A program made the position numbers and the translations under genes. A stretch of 51,940 bases of DNA from Vitrella brassicaformis CCMP3155 (taxonomy: Eukaryota > Protista > Chromerida), in assembly GCA_001179505.1 (NCBI GenBank), contig CDMY01000557.1, positions 1-51,940 of the forward strand, given 5' to 3'. Below the pieces are notes generated by a model. That model had not been told where the DNA came from. It searched no databases and worked only from the letters and a program-made list of their open reading frames with translations. This document shows positions 16,501-28,845 of this stretch, piece after piece (positions within the stretch are counted from its first letter, which is position 1; each line of letters starts with the position of its first letter).

Positions 16501-18724
16501 AGACACAGTGACGATTCGCCTGATGCCTTTGATTTTTACTTATGATTCCAATGGATTGCCTTCAGAACCACATGGACAATACATTTGGTTGGACAGGGAC
16601 GGGCAGCAGGAAAGACAGCCCGATGGGTACGAAGCCGTCCGGTGCGCCTTTGCACATGAATCCGTGCATTTACTGTGATACGCATATGTGCAGGTGCGGG
16701 AAGTGGCATGTATCAAGAGTGGATCGCCGGGGTCAGCCTCATATGTCACGAAAAGGAATGGGGCTGGCTCATCCCGGGCTGTCCATGATTGCAGGGCGTA
16801 TACTTTCGTAATGTGGTGTGGAACGTTGTGGTAAGTGAGGAAGAGATGGCTGTAATTCATCCATGATTACGTGCCTTTGTGCAACAGGAAAAGGCCTTCA
16901 CCTACCATTGCAGTGAAGAGATGGAATGCCATGTCATCTTTCTGAACAACATGCTTGCCCGGTAAGGGCATATCGGAAGAGACACGCTCTCAAATTACGC
17001 TTTCGGTGTGAATTCTGTGCTGCAGAGCCAGAAGGTGTGTGAAACAAGACGAGCGTCAGCAGAGCATTCCAGCAAAATCATTCACATTGCACAACAACCT
17101 TTTCGTCTCCTGCTCGGAAGCCACGGACTTCGACCGTCCAGACAGCCCTCCTTTCAGCAGAGATTGGTTCGATGTCGACTACAACATGTACTACGACATT
17201 AGGTATGAAGACGGCTCTCCCGGATTGGTGCTGCATCTGGAACACGGCCCCAAGTCTGACAGAGAAGAATTCACATATAACACACTGGCGGACCTGTCGG
17301 CTGCATCAAGCGGAACCTGGCTTGAGGGATGGGAGGCACATGGATCCGAGACGGCCTATATCGGGCACAACTACAGACAACAGAACCTGCCGCCACATAC
17401 AAATGACGTCAACACTGCTCCATACATCTCTCACGACAAAGAATGGTTCAAAACTCAACCTGCCCAGGTGCGAGACAAAGAAGGCTCTCTCTACATTTGC
17501 ACTTCCCTTTTCCTTGACTGTCAGCGCGGGGCCTCGAACCCCTCGTTCCCCGCCGAGCTGGAGCGTCTTCTGCGTCGCTATGACATTTGTGTGCCCATGG
17601 CGGAGGACGAAACGACACTCACGGTCGGTCCGTACTCGTCAGGCGAGGACAAATGCTTCAAGGGTATCGGAAAGCTGGGTGGTGCCCCTAACCTTGGAGA
17701 GCGTCCTACGACCCTGGAGCTGTCCACACAGGAGCCTACGACGCTCGAGCCGACCACAGATGCCCCGAGGACTGATGCCCCAAGTACTGAGCAGCCCAAA
17801 TTGGAGCAGCCGAGTACTGAGCAGCCAAGCACTGATGCCCCAAGTACTGACGAGCCGTCCACACAGGAGCCTACGACGCTCGAGCCGACCACAGATGCCC
17901 CGACCACTGATGCCCCGACGACTGATGCCCCAAGTACTGAGCAGCAAGTGGTGCCTGCATCGTCTCCCCTGCCCTACCCCTGTCCGTCTCTGAGCAGCAA
18001 GTGGCCTTCACTCGGCCAGACGACCATTTTCGGCCAGTACACTTTCGATGACGAGCCCACGATGTGGACATTCGGCGGCACCACGGCTAACATCGTCCGG
18101 ACGAACGGCAGGGCCGAGATCACTCTCGCTGCGGCAGATGAGGCCTACATGGATCTCAACTTCGCCAACACGGCCGACATGAACTATGCAGCCGTCGTTT
18201 TCACCGTCACATGGTCGGAGATGCAGCTCACCCCTGTGGCTGGCGGGTTATTTCACAACCACATTAAGCAGCGTGGTTTTGAAATTGTGCGTATGGCCGA
18301 GCTTGCGCCGACATTTGCCAGAGCTGTCTCCTTTATCGTCTATAGAGACACATCGGGCGCTCTTGGGGGGATAATCGGATATAATGAGGGCCACCCGTCA
18401 GGGCCGTTTATCGACGGCAGCTACAACCCGCTAGTTGATAATTTCTTCCTGCTCAAGGATGACTCTGAGCCCCACACGTATGCCGTTGGATACGCGCTGC
18501 CAACGGGAGACATCTTTGTGTGCGAAGATGGCAGCACAATCTTTCAGAAGACGAACCTTGCGATTTGGCCTTCGACGGTGAGACGCGTACGGGTGGGGCA
18601 CGCCGCCTGGGCGGACGAGGCTATCGCAGGTAAGATCGTTCTCGAGTCCGTAAGTTTGTTCTTACCGCAATCTGCATCACAGTGTTATGGCGACACTACA
18701 TGTACTGATCCTTCCCGTATCTAG
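13509..18724 (+). CDS. Secreted multidomain protein: signal peptide, unnamed domain X, right-handed parallel beta-helix (pectin-lyase-like/GH141-like), mucin repeat, second domain X
   Basis: Signal peptide MVFPWLFVISLFCPAAG. Beta-helix entry motif DLYVNAETGDDANDGTTPASPLATAVRAAEIARAGTTIHLAPGTYRGPL. Also YYIARSPN and YFVYDKLNLLDSPGEYWFDEANQRLYMW, plus PbH1-like ITIDGVRV and TITNNVFSEI. Many short introns (e.g. 13620-13707); several middle boundaries were not resolved. Confidence 0.75.
17720..17945 (+). repeat. 15-bp-unit tandem repeat encoding about 15 mucin-like pentapeptides
   Basis: STQEP TTLEP TTDAP RTDAP STEQP KLEQP STEQP STDAP STDEP STQEP TTLEP TTDAP TTDAP TTDAP STEQQ. An exact 44-bp block recurs at 17723-17766 and 17858-17901. 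Confidence 0.92.
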
Positions 18725-19755
18725 TCTGACACCGTTTAAAAGGCGCGCAATGTAGTCATGTTCGTTGTACTACTGCAGCTGTACTCTCGTGCGCCTCCGT
18801 GTAGCTGTGCTGTGACCAAGATAGAAGGCGTTCTTCGTGTTTCGCTTTCGCGATGGAGGCCGTGACGCATTTGAACGAAAGCGGCGCTTTCATTCTTGTA
18901 GCTGCGTGGAGGTATCTGCAGTAGATATCCTCAGAGAAAGAGTAGAGGTGTACATGTTGATTGGATTATTTGTATGAGGGAGATTGTCTAATTCTCCACA
19001 CTGTCTGCATTTTTTATCCACGGAGACAAGTCTTTTCGCTGTCTGTCACGGGAAGTGGCAATCGTAACAGACCTATGAGTTGACAATCGCTGAGAATCGT
19101 AAAAGTGTGTGTGTGTGTGTATGTGTGAAATCATCGCAAGGCAGTGTACGCATTCATGCACTGCCTGAATTTGTGGACTGAGTAGCTGCTGCTTCAATGG
19201 CTGACCTGATGAGGACTGTCGTCTGGATCAACACCAGCGGGAAGCCACCCACACCGGTATGTTGTATTCCACATTGAAGACACGACATAACTGTCTCCAT
19301 TCTCCCGCCGATACATCCAAATCAGCAAGCCAAGGCAACACAATCGCAATCAGTCAGCCAAATCGAAAAATACTTGTACACTCGAGGAGAGAAAATCACT
19401 GTCTCGTTGGACTCTCGTGGGAGTCCAGAGAGAGCACCAAAAACCATACAAGCCTTACACGGGTCGACCACCTTGACTCACTCACAATCGCTGGATGAAG
19501 CAAGAGGTGGATGGCGGCTGGCCAAGGGCTTACATTAGTACAGCCATCACCCAGTTCACCGATAGACACCTCTGCCTCGCTCGCACGAAATATAAAGTCA
19601 GTGACTGATGTAGACCCAAGTGACCGATGAAAGGCCCCCTCCCCCTCTTGCACTCTCCCGCCCCCGCTTCTCTCCTGCCAGATCTGAGCGGGCAGCTGCC
19701 TGCTTCGGTTTCAGCATAGATCATGTGCCTCGAGTCGAGTCTCACACGCCGTTCG

Positions 19756-22282
19756 TCAGACATCCAGCTCTTGAGAGATCTTCCGAAATATCGCCCTTCG
19801 GCTCTCTGATATTCGCCTGTAATCAGCCATCTGCACACACACAGGCACAGGCACAGGCACACACACCGACATGACAACAGTCATATCTGCGTGGCTGCAG
19901 CACTGATACGTTCATTCAACTCAGAAAGGACCTCACTCACTCACTCACTCACTCACCCCGGCATCCTGGGCGACACTCTCCTCCCCCGTCTCCTCGTCTG
20001 TCTGCGTCGACTCGTTCTCTGTCGGCACCCGATGATATAAGTCGCTCGACGGCGTGATGGCCCGGAGGTGTGCATGCGGGTCCCGCGAACTGGAGATGTC
20101 GTTGGCCCATAAGCACAGGGCGCATACGATTGCCACGCAGGTGATGATAGCTAAGATGGAGAACATTAGATGCCAATTGCCACCGATCCAGCCCTTGACA
20201 AGCAGCAGCACCATCGCAGCAGTGTTGTCAGAAATTCCCATGCTGCTCAATCACACACACACACACACACACAGAGGGAGAGAGGGAGAGGCCATTGATT
20301 GATTAATTGATTGACGGACGAACGAAGTGACTCGGCGGGCCGGCTGGCCGTGCTGTTTGTTATATACATGGAGCAGGCGGTCCCCTTCAGTCTTTTCCCG
20401 CCGATCTCAGGCGCAAACACGGCACCTGCACTCCCACACGCCCCGCACAGAGAACCAGTCGTGTGGACACACACTCAGACATAGATGTGATGAGCGGCTT
20501 GCTGACCGATCATTTTGTAGGGTCCGAACAGCATGAGGCCCGCGACGGCCAATGATGTCACCGCCACGCCAAACGAGACAGTCCCGCCATTCGAGTGCTT
20601 CCACATTGGGTTGCTCGCGTTCCACAGCAGACCCAGACACACCAGCAGCACAAACAAGGGCAGCAGAAGCACTGACGCCCTGTGCCGCTTGGGCAGCCAG
20701 TCCCGCAAACGGCCGATGACGAGCGTCGACACGCAGCCAAGCAGAGTAAATAGCGCCGATGCCCGTCCGGCCGTGGCGGCCGCGACGTGGGAGGTCAGGC
20801 AGTTGTGTGGGACCAGCTGCCGGTTGCCCTTATTGGCGCAGAAGGAGTGGACGAGGAGAGATGGCGAGTAGAGCAGGAAGAGCGTGCGGACACTGTAGAG
20901 GCAGCCCGACAGCAGAGCCAGTAGCCACAGGTTGGGGTGCTTGAGAAGGACTATTGCCCGCTGCCTGAAGGGCTCCCTCTCCTCTTTTGTCTTGGTCTTC
21001 TGGATGGCCGTTTCCTCCTCGCCCGGCGCGTTCTTGACGAAGAACACCACAGGCAGCATCAGACAGAGGGCGAAGCCAGCAGCCCTGTTGCGTTGGATCA
21101 AACAGAACACACAGACCCATCCCATGAGCGAGTGAGTCCTAGAAATCGTTCTGTGTTCCCCGCACCAGAAGAAGATTGTGCGCCAGGGAAACACGATGAT
21201 GATGCTGCTTAGGACGCTGCGGGCTATGACGTCGCCTAACTGGGGCGCCATGCTCACCAGCCTGACAAACGACAACAACCACCAGTGCAATCGATGCCTT
21301 TCGCTCGACGTCGTTGCATCGCACCCCATCAGTGTGCCGTAGTGTGCAGTGGGCACCCAGTTGGTGCAGAGCGCCACAACAGACACCCAACACAGACCCA
21401 GCGCGAAGTAGCCGTTATAGGCCCTGCACGGCACGCACAAAGAGAGAGAGAGAGAAAAGCGGCACCAATGGCATTCCATCGTCACCACAGCAATACGGCG
21501 CCAGTCAGTCAGTCAGTGAGTCATTGAGAGTGAGTTTGCTCACCAGACGATGAGGAAGAGCGCAAACTGCCACCCGGGTGCCGCCAAGACGGTCTGGTGT
21601 GGGTGCTTGGGGTCTCTTGGATAAGCCACGGGTGTCGGATTCGTGTACACCAGGAGACCTACACGACAAGGCACCAATCAACACACACACACACACACAC
21701 ATGGATGTAATGAATGTCCGGACATTCCTTAAGGCAGTACCAAAGAGTATGGAGGTCACCACATAGCCGAGTCCGGCAAGGACAAAGACGAACTTGCCGC
21801 CCCGCGCGTCGCTCAGCACACCAGCCGTGACCTTGCCGAAGATGCTGGCAGCGTATGAGATGGCCAGAATGATGCTCAGCCTGACGCAACAAGTCATCCA
21901 CACGAAGACGGCAGATTGATGTTCTGACGAGTGTTCTGGCATGGCGCCTACCTGCTTGGGGAGATGAACAGCTCTCCCTCAAACAGAGTCTCCACTATGT
22001 AAAGGTCACTTATCGCGAAATCTGCTAACACACAGAGCAACATCCGTCAATCCCGAAGAGATTGCCTCCCCTCGTGTTGTGCTGTGTACATTTGCCGAAG
22101 TATGCGACGCTGGCCATTGCCAGCACCGCCCAGCACACGCCGGGCCGCTCATGGTAGCTGAGAGTCCGCCGGCTGACCTCCTTGTGCACCAGCAAGCTGT
22201 CAGATGCAGTCGCGTCGTTGGCCTCCTCTGCTGCTGATCCGCTCGGTGCAATTTCGACCGACGTGTCCGGTGTGTTGGCCAT
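19756..22282 (-). CDS. MFS transporter, organophosphate:Pi antiporter-like (GlpT/UhpC/SLC37 family)
   Basis: Spliced hydrophobic exons: ISYAASIFGKVTAGVLSDARGGKFVF (MFS motif A), NWVPTAHYGTLMG, APQLGDVIARSVLS, WRTIFFW, LFGPYKMIG, GWIGGNWHLMFSILA. The last exon (stop at 19756 versus 19945) is uncertain. Confidence 0.75.
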
Positions 22283-22755
22283 GTGACGCTCTTCAGTGGC
22301 CCACACTGAGGCAGATCTTCCAATCAACAGATCTTCACGGCAGCTTCCTACTTGCGCCCGATACTGTGGTCCTCTCAGCCCGTCGTTGCCTGGTTGCGTC
22401 CGTGCGACCCCGAGCGAACGCCTGCGAGATCTCCGCCATGAAGCTCGCAGGTGCGAACGAACGAACGAACGATTGAATGAGAGGATCGAATCCTCATGGT
22501 TACGGGGACGTCGAAATCGATTGAATAATGAGTCTGTCCGCCTTCAGCAAGCATGCGAATCTTTCGCTAGTCAAAACGGAACAACAGGCAGGCAGCCAGC
22601 CTGTCGCTTCTATGCACACGCACCATCCACATTCACACGCACATGACCCCTCACAGGCAGGCCACCCCGCACATGCTGCACAACAAACAGCAATCCATAC
22701 ATCCAGGCGAAACCTCTCTCTACTCAATCTAGATATCTATCGATCACTCTATCAA

Positions 22756-24371
22756 CTACTGCAGCCTGGAGGTGACGCTGCTGCTGCTGGCCCCCTCTAC
22801 TGCCGTGCTCTCCGCCACTTTGGCTGACTGCTGCAGGGGGGCGTTGTCCCACAGGGTCGTCACCGGCGCGTCCGACGCAGCCACAGACGACACAACTTGC
22901 TCGGCCTTGACGCACACCTCGGCCGCTATCGACTGGCGGTAATGAGAGAACAAAGGCAGAGGTAGAGGCACACACAGGTGGGTGGCTGGATGTGTGTGTA
23001 TGTGTGTGTGTGTGTGTTACGTCGATGTCTTTGGTGCCGTCGATGGCATGCCAGTAGGGCTGTGTGCTGAAGTGCATATAGCTGCTGTACACCCGCCGCT
23101 GGATCTCCAGCTTCTCGTAACGCTCCGCACCTACGGGACAACATAGGCAGGCAACAAACACAAGACACACAATGAATGCTGCTCTGCTTGTGCCGTGCTG
23201 GATGTGGTGCTGTGGGTGCCGGCCGAGCTTACTTACTGACTCACTCACTCACCGTATCCCTTTCGCCTATTGGCCTCTTCTGGCGACACGTCGATGTAGA
23301 AGACCGTGTCGGGCGCTATCAAACCACTGTCGGCGTTCTTGCACCACTCCAGAGGCAAACCCTGCACACACAAGACAACAAGGCAGCAGGCAGCTGTGTG
23401 TGGTTCATGTGTGATGATGGTACACAACAAACACGTGAGGTGAGCTGACTGACCTCGGCTCCCGACGAGTATGCGACGCCCGAGAATGCGTATCGGTCCG
23501 ATATGACGGTCGTGCCAGACAGCACCGCCGCCTGGATCTCACACCTGCACACATGGGAGTGGTGGCGCATCCATCGCACACGTACACACACGGTGAGTAG
23601 CATGGTGCACTGCACTGCACCTGCCCTGTGTGTGGTGCAGTGGTGTCATGGCAAGTGCTGCTCAGACTCACTGTTTCTCCCATCTGTCGGACGAGAAGAG
23701 GTGGTGGCAGGTGCGCTTGGTGAAGTCGATGTCTTTGCGCAGGAAGGCGTCTATCAGCTGGCCCAACGGACCTTCACGATCTGAATGAACCATACCACAC
23801 ACACACGGACAGACACGCCAGGCCATGTCTGTGTGTGTGCAGGGACAATGGCTGGCTGGCTGGCTAGCTGCCTGCCTGCTTGTCTGGCTGGCTTACTCGG
23901 GAATCGGATAGCCTTGACGTCGTGCCCCTTGTCCTTGAGACTGGCGGCCAGCCGCTGGGACTGCGAACTCTTACCCGACCTGCACACACACACACACACA
24001 CACCGAGAGAGAGAGTGGTGCTGGTGCAATCAGTGTTCGTCCTCCCTCCCTCCCTCCCATGTCTGTCTGTCTGTCTGATCAGACCTGTCGAGTCCCTCGA
24101 AGACGATGAATGCACCTCGTGGCATCGCTCCCACACACGAGGCGCCCCTCTGCTCACGATGTACACTCCGCCTGCTGCCGACACGCTGCACCAAATAGCC
24201 CGGCGAGGCTTTGCAGAGTGTCTGAAACAGCAGGCCGCTGCCGCCCTGCCGGTTTAGTGACGCCGCCCCTGAGCTGGTCAACCACACCAGCAAGAGCAGC
24301 AGGAGGCACCAGAGGGCGCTGCTCGTCCGCAGCAAGTCATCCCATGAGCAGCCGCGTGGAAGATCTGGCAT
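22756..24371 (-). CDS. TMK: Thymidylate kinase (dTMP kinase) with possible N-terminal targeting extension
   Basis: MPRGAFIVFEGLDR|SGKSSQ (P-loop split by an intron), AIRFP, VISDRYAFSGVAYS, WCKNADSGLIAPDTVFYIDVSPEEA, GAERYEKLEIQRRV, PVTTLW. The core ATG is at 24125 and an upstream in-frame ATG is at 24371. Confidence 0.93.
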
Positions 24372-24533
24372 CCGTCGAGCGGGGATGATGGAATGGCATC
24401 GTTTGGGAGTCCAGTTCAGGTGAGGTGCGCTTCTCCCTCCTGTGCGAGCTTGAAATCGTAGTAGATCTCATCTTCAGCATCTTTTCCCGTCAGCAGGACG
24501 AGGCGCATCTCCTCCTCCTCCAACCAACCCAAG

Positions 24534-27083
24534 ATGCCTAAGGGGCGTGATGCCAAGGCAGACAAGGCGGGCAAAGATGAGCCATCACCCGGTGATGCCG
24601 CCTCCTCTGCGGCTGCATCCCCCTCCCCCAAGAAGCCAAGAGGTGTTGCAACCAAGCGGTGGTTCGTCTTATCGACTGGCGCGGTCGGGGCCATAGTGGC
24701 GGTGGTGGTAGCGGTGTGGGCCGTGATGCCCAAGGAGCGGGTGGAGATGGAGCTCAAGGCAGCCGAGATGAAGAAGTGGCTGGACAGCACGCTGCAGCCC
24801 TGGTTCAACACTTCCTCGCCCCTGCCCCTGGAGCGGCGGCTCAAGGACAAGGGCATCAAGGCCAAGCACCCGGTGCTGTTTGTGCCAGGCCTGGTGTCGA
24901 GCCAGCTGGAGGTGTGGAACGCCCTCGAGTGCTTCGGCGACGACCGGCGCTGGAAGATCTGGGGCGGCGTGGACATGTTCACGGCCGTCCTGCAGAACAC
25001 CAGCTGCTGGCTCGAGCACCTCACGCTCGACGAGAAGACCGGACTCGACCCCTACGACGGAGCCATCAAGATGCGGGCGCAGGAGGGATTCGCATCCGTC
25101 GACTACTTCTTCCCGGGGTAGGTATGTATGTGTGCAGGCAGGCCAATCTCACTCGCTCCGGCAGGCAGGCGGCACATGCAGTCGTGTGGCTCTGTGTGGG
25201 TGATGGATTGGTATTTATGTGTGTATGTGTGTGTGCTGTGCGTATGCCCACCTAGGTTTTGGGTGTGGGGCAAGCTGACGGAGGTGTTGGGCTCGATTGG
25301 CTACGACCCCAACTCCTTAATGACCATGAGTTGGGACTGGCGGCCCTCATTTGACAACCTGGAAGTCCGAGACAGACTTCTGACCAAGATGGTGCACACC
25401 ACACCACACCGCACCAGACACATGACCGTGACCATCAGTGCCACGCAATGGCCTGCTTGCCCTGCCCTGCCCTGCCCTCCCTGCCCTTGGTGTCTGTCGA
25501 TGCATGTCCGTGTGTGTGCAGAAGCGTCGCATCGAGGATTTATACGAGTTCAACGGCAAACAGAAGGTGGTGTTGGTGTCGCATAGCCTCGGGTCGCTGC
25601 TGACGTTCTTCTTTTTCCAGTGGGTGACCTACCACCACGACCCCAAATGGGTCGACAAACACATTCACTCATGGGTCAACATCGCTGGGGCTCTCCTCGG
25701 TCGGTGGCGGTACACCACACGGAGGGAAGCCAGTGAACCAGGCTGGCTGGCTGGGGGGGTGCATCATCCGTCAGTGTGTGCGCGCGTGTGTGTGTGTGTG
25801 TGTGTGCAGGTGTGAACAAGTCCACTTCGTGTCTGTTCTCCGGCGAGATGAAGGACCTGAATATATTTGGGCCTGTCATCAGGTGAGTCAGTCAGTGAGG
25901 CACCCAGACAGACAGACAGACAGGGAGACAGGCAGGCAAGCTTCACGTGCATCCCCCGTTGTGAGAGACTGCGTGAGTGTGTCTGCTTCAGGTACATAAT
26001 CGACAAGATCCTGCCGCTCCCAGACCGAGTGCGGCTCTGGCGGTCCATGGGCACCATGAGGCACATGGTACGCACACACGGACACTATACCATAGCACAC
26101 ACGCGAGAGGGGAACCACACGTGAAAAGAATGAGCCACTCACTCTTCTGCGTGTGCGCCTCTGTCTGTCTATCTGTCTGTCTGTCTGTCTGTCTTATCCA
26201 TCAGATTCCCAAGGGCGGCGCGCGTGTGTGGGGCCATTTGGGCGAGCCGACCTTTATGAAGTTCCCCGCCTCTCCCGAGCTCGATTTGCCCTTTGACGAC
26301 TTTGTCGGCTGGGCCAACAGTTACCTGGACAAGGCAGCCGACCTCAACACGTGGCTGGACAAGGACACCTATGTCAGTATGCCGCCTCCCGACCAGCCCT
26401 TGCCGACGTTCAGGGATGCATCCGACGCCATCAAGTACTGGCTGAACCCCCTGGCCGCCCCCCTCCCGTACGCCCCCAACATGAAGGTCTTCTGCACATA
26501 TGGTGTCGGCATCCCCACCGAGCGCAACTATCTCTACCAGAAGATGCCAGCCACACACATCAGTAACCACAACCAGCAGCAGCCGACGGCCACTGACCAG
26601 GTGCTGACGTCGGATCAGCGGCTGGTGGACCTGCCCGTGCAGATGATTCCGCCCCACCAGGTCAGCGGCCTCCTGGCCAACCTGTCTTCGGCAACGACGA
26701 GCGCCCGCGACGCGTGGGAGTGGCCCCCTCTGGCCAGTGACCCGCGCGGCAAGGTCGAGGTGCTCGACAGCGTGGTTGTGTCCGACGGGGATGTGTCGGT
26801 GCCGCTCGAGAGCCTGGGCCTCATGTGCCAGCTGTGGCGCAACACCAAGAGGTACAACCCCTCTGGGGCGGCTGTGCGGGTGCGCGAGGTCTACCACAAC
26901 ATATCCATGACGCAGGAGCTCATGCGCGACAGCAAGAGCGGCAACCACGTCGACATACTCGGCAATGAGGACATACTCGAGCTCGTCGCCCGGGTCGCCA
27001 GTGGGGACGACCCGACTGACGAGCGCACCTTCTCTCTAATTCAAGAAATCGCACACAAAGTCGTCAACAACGAATTCACATGA
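24534..27083 (+). CDS. PDAT: Phospholipid:diacylglycerol acyltransferase (LCAT/Lro1 family)
   Basis: N-terminal TM helix, KHPVLFVPGLVSSQLEVW, CWLEHLTLDEKTGLDP, FWVWGKL..LGSIGYD, SWDWR, catalytic VSHSLG, GDVSVPLESLG and GNHVDILGN. Five GT-AG introns join in frame. Confidence 0.92.
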
Positions 27084-27671
27084 GGGAGAGGGGAGGGAGT
27101 GGCGGACTGGCGGACACACACAGAGGGAGGGAGGGAGGGAGGGAGGAAGGGAGAGGGGGAGAGAGGAAGTCATGATGAAGGTGATGTGACTGTGGACATA
27201 CGGGCTGTTGGTTTTGGTTTCGGTTTTCCCACGTCGGTCACTAACTGGGCTGAGCTATGTGTGTGTGTCTGTGTGTCTCTGTGTGTGTGTGTGCGTTGGT
27301 CTTTCTGTCTGTGCGGCGCTGTGTGTCCCTCCCTCCCTGATTTGCGTGTAGAGAGAGATACATGTATGTAGCTGCGAGCAGCGGGTGGGTGGTGGCTGGC
27401 AGTGCATTGATTGATTGCATGTGTGTGGACGTGCCGAGGAAGGACCACAGACAGACAGATCACATTTCGGGTGAAGGTGAGATTCGCAGACTTCAGTGCA
27501 CGTGATTTATGTTATGTATGCCTGCCTGCCGTTTGGATCGACACACACATGGTGGAAGTTATACGCCCAAGGCAGTATGTGGGCGTCCCTCCGCAGAGCC
27601 TCTGAAACGATATATAAAATCAGAGGGGCGATCCTGGCACGTTTACAACTCGGCGAAAAAGGCGATCAAAG

Positions 27672-28845
27672 ATGGCAGGCGGGGAGGCCACACCTCTATG
27701 TGGCCACATCGACGGCGAAACGGCATCATGTAACTGGAAAACCTTCGCGGTCCTGGCAGCGTCAGCTCTCTTTCTGTCCGCATCCCTCTCAGCCAACACA
27801 ACATGGCCATTGCTGTCGCTGCCACGCCATACCATCAACCAGTCCAGCAACCACAGCAGCAGCACCACCACCACCACAGCGGGACTGCACCTCAACGGCG
27901 GCGGCCACCTGGATGCCGCCATTCCACCAGCAGCAACATCAGCAGCGTCCAACGACTCGTCTGCTGCAGTAGATCGGGAGCTTGAAGCCTATGTGGTCAC
28001 ACTGGGCGGGCACATGCATTCCTACGAGCGGCGCCTGGTGCCCCTGGCCGCTTAGCTGCACGCCAGCAGAATCCCCCTCATCCCCCTTGCCGCATACCCA
28101 AACATGACCAACGCCCTCTACGGAGAGTCCCTCCTGGTCACAAACACAACACCATGCGCAGAGAATGACCATGTTGTGGTGTGTCACTCAGGACAGCTTC
28201 CGCGCCACCATACAGCTGGCGCTCGGCACCGGCCTGTTCGACAGGGGCGGCATGATGGTCTACCTCGAGGACGACACTGGGCTTGTTGATGGCTTCAGGC
28301 GAGAGCTGCTGAGGACTGTGAGGGACCTGCCTGACTCATGGGAGGTGAGAGGCTCTGTTGCTTTGCACATTCATGCCTCACTTCTCCTTCTCATGAAGGT
28401 GCTGCACCTCTGTCCGGGATTCCTATGGGGCCACCGCATCAAGACCGGCAAGACCGTGCGGCTCTACGACCCCTGCTTTGCCTTTAAAGGACGGCTCGAC
28501 CCGAACCCACCAGCGGGGGTGCGCAAATACATCCTTTCGCAGGCGAAGCGCACGCCCAATGGCCGCGCATTCAGCCCCAGATGGCCCTGCCCGCCGAAGA
28601 AGGGCTGTCCCAAGAAAACTGTCAACTGGCCGGGGGCACCGACGGCCATGGTGGTGCGGAATGCCCGCGCAGCGCGGCGGCTGCTGCATCAGTGCGACAA
28701 GGAGCGGCGGCTGGCTGAGAGGCGGCCGATAGACGTCTTCCTGCAGGCTCATATAGTGGCAGGAAGGGTGCTGGCGGCGGCGGAGCCCCAGCTGTGCTAC
28801 CATCGGTATACGGGGGGCTCGGTGAGGGGAGAACACTCATACTGA
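27672..28845 (+). pseudogene. GT25-like glycosyltransferase interrupted by an in-frame TAG (28053-28055)
   Basis: Hydrophobic anchor FAVLAASALFLSASLSA, then AYVVTLGG...ERR, LYGESLL|DSFRATIQLAL (intron 28137-28191) and MVYLEDDTGLVDGFRRELLRTVRDLPDSWE|VLHL, which resembles GT25 motifs. The same frame continues after the TAG (LHASRIPLIPLAAYPN). The 3' end is uncertain. Confidence 0.6.

Noticed and set aside
17720-17945. 15-bp repeat as a CRISPR array
   Set aside because: It is in-frame coding with no unique spacers or cas genes, and the context is eukaryotic.
18800-19700. ORFs in the interval between the beta-helix and MFS genes
   Set aside because: They are short, lack motifs and sit in convergent 3' regions.
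24416-26948. Minus-strand ORFs opposite PDAT (24416-25024, 26169-26948)
   Set aside because: They are antisense shadows; the sense strand explains the codon pattern.
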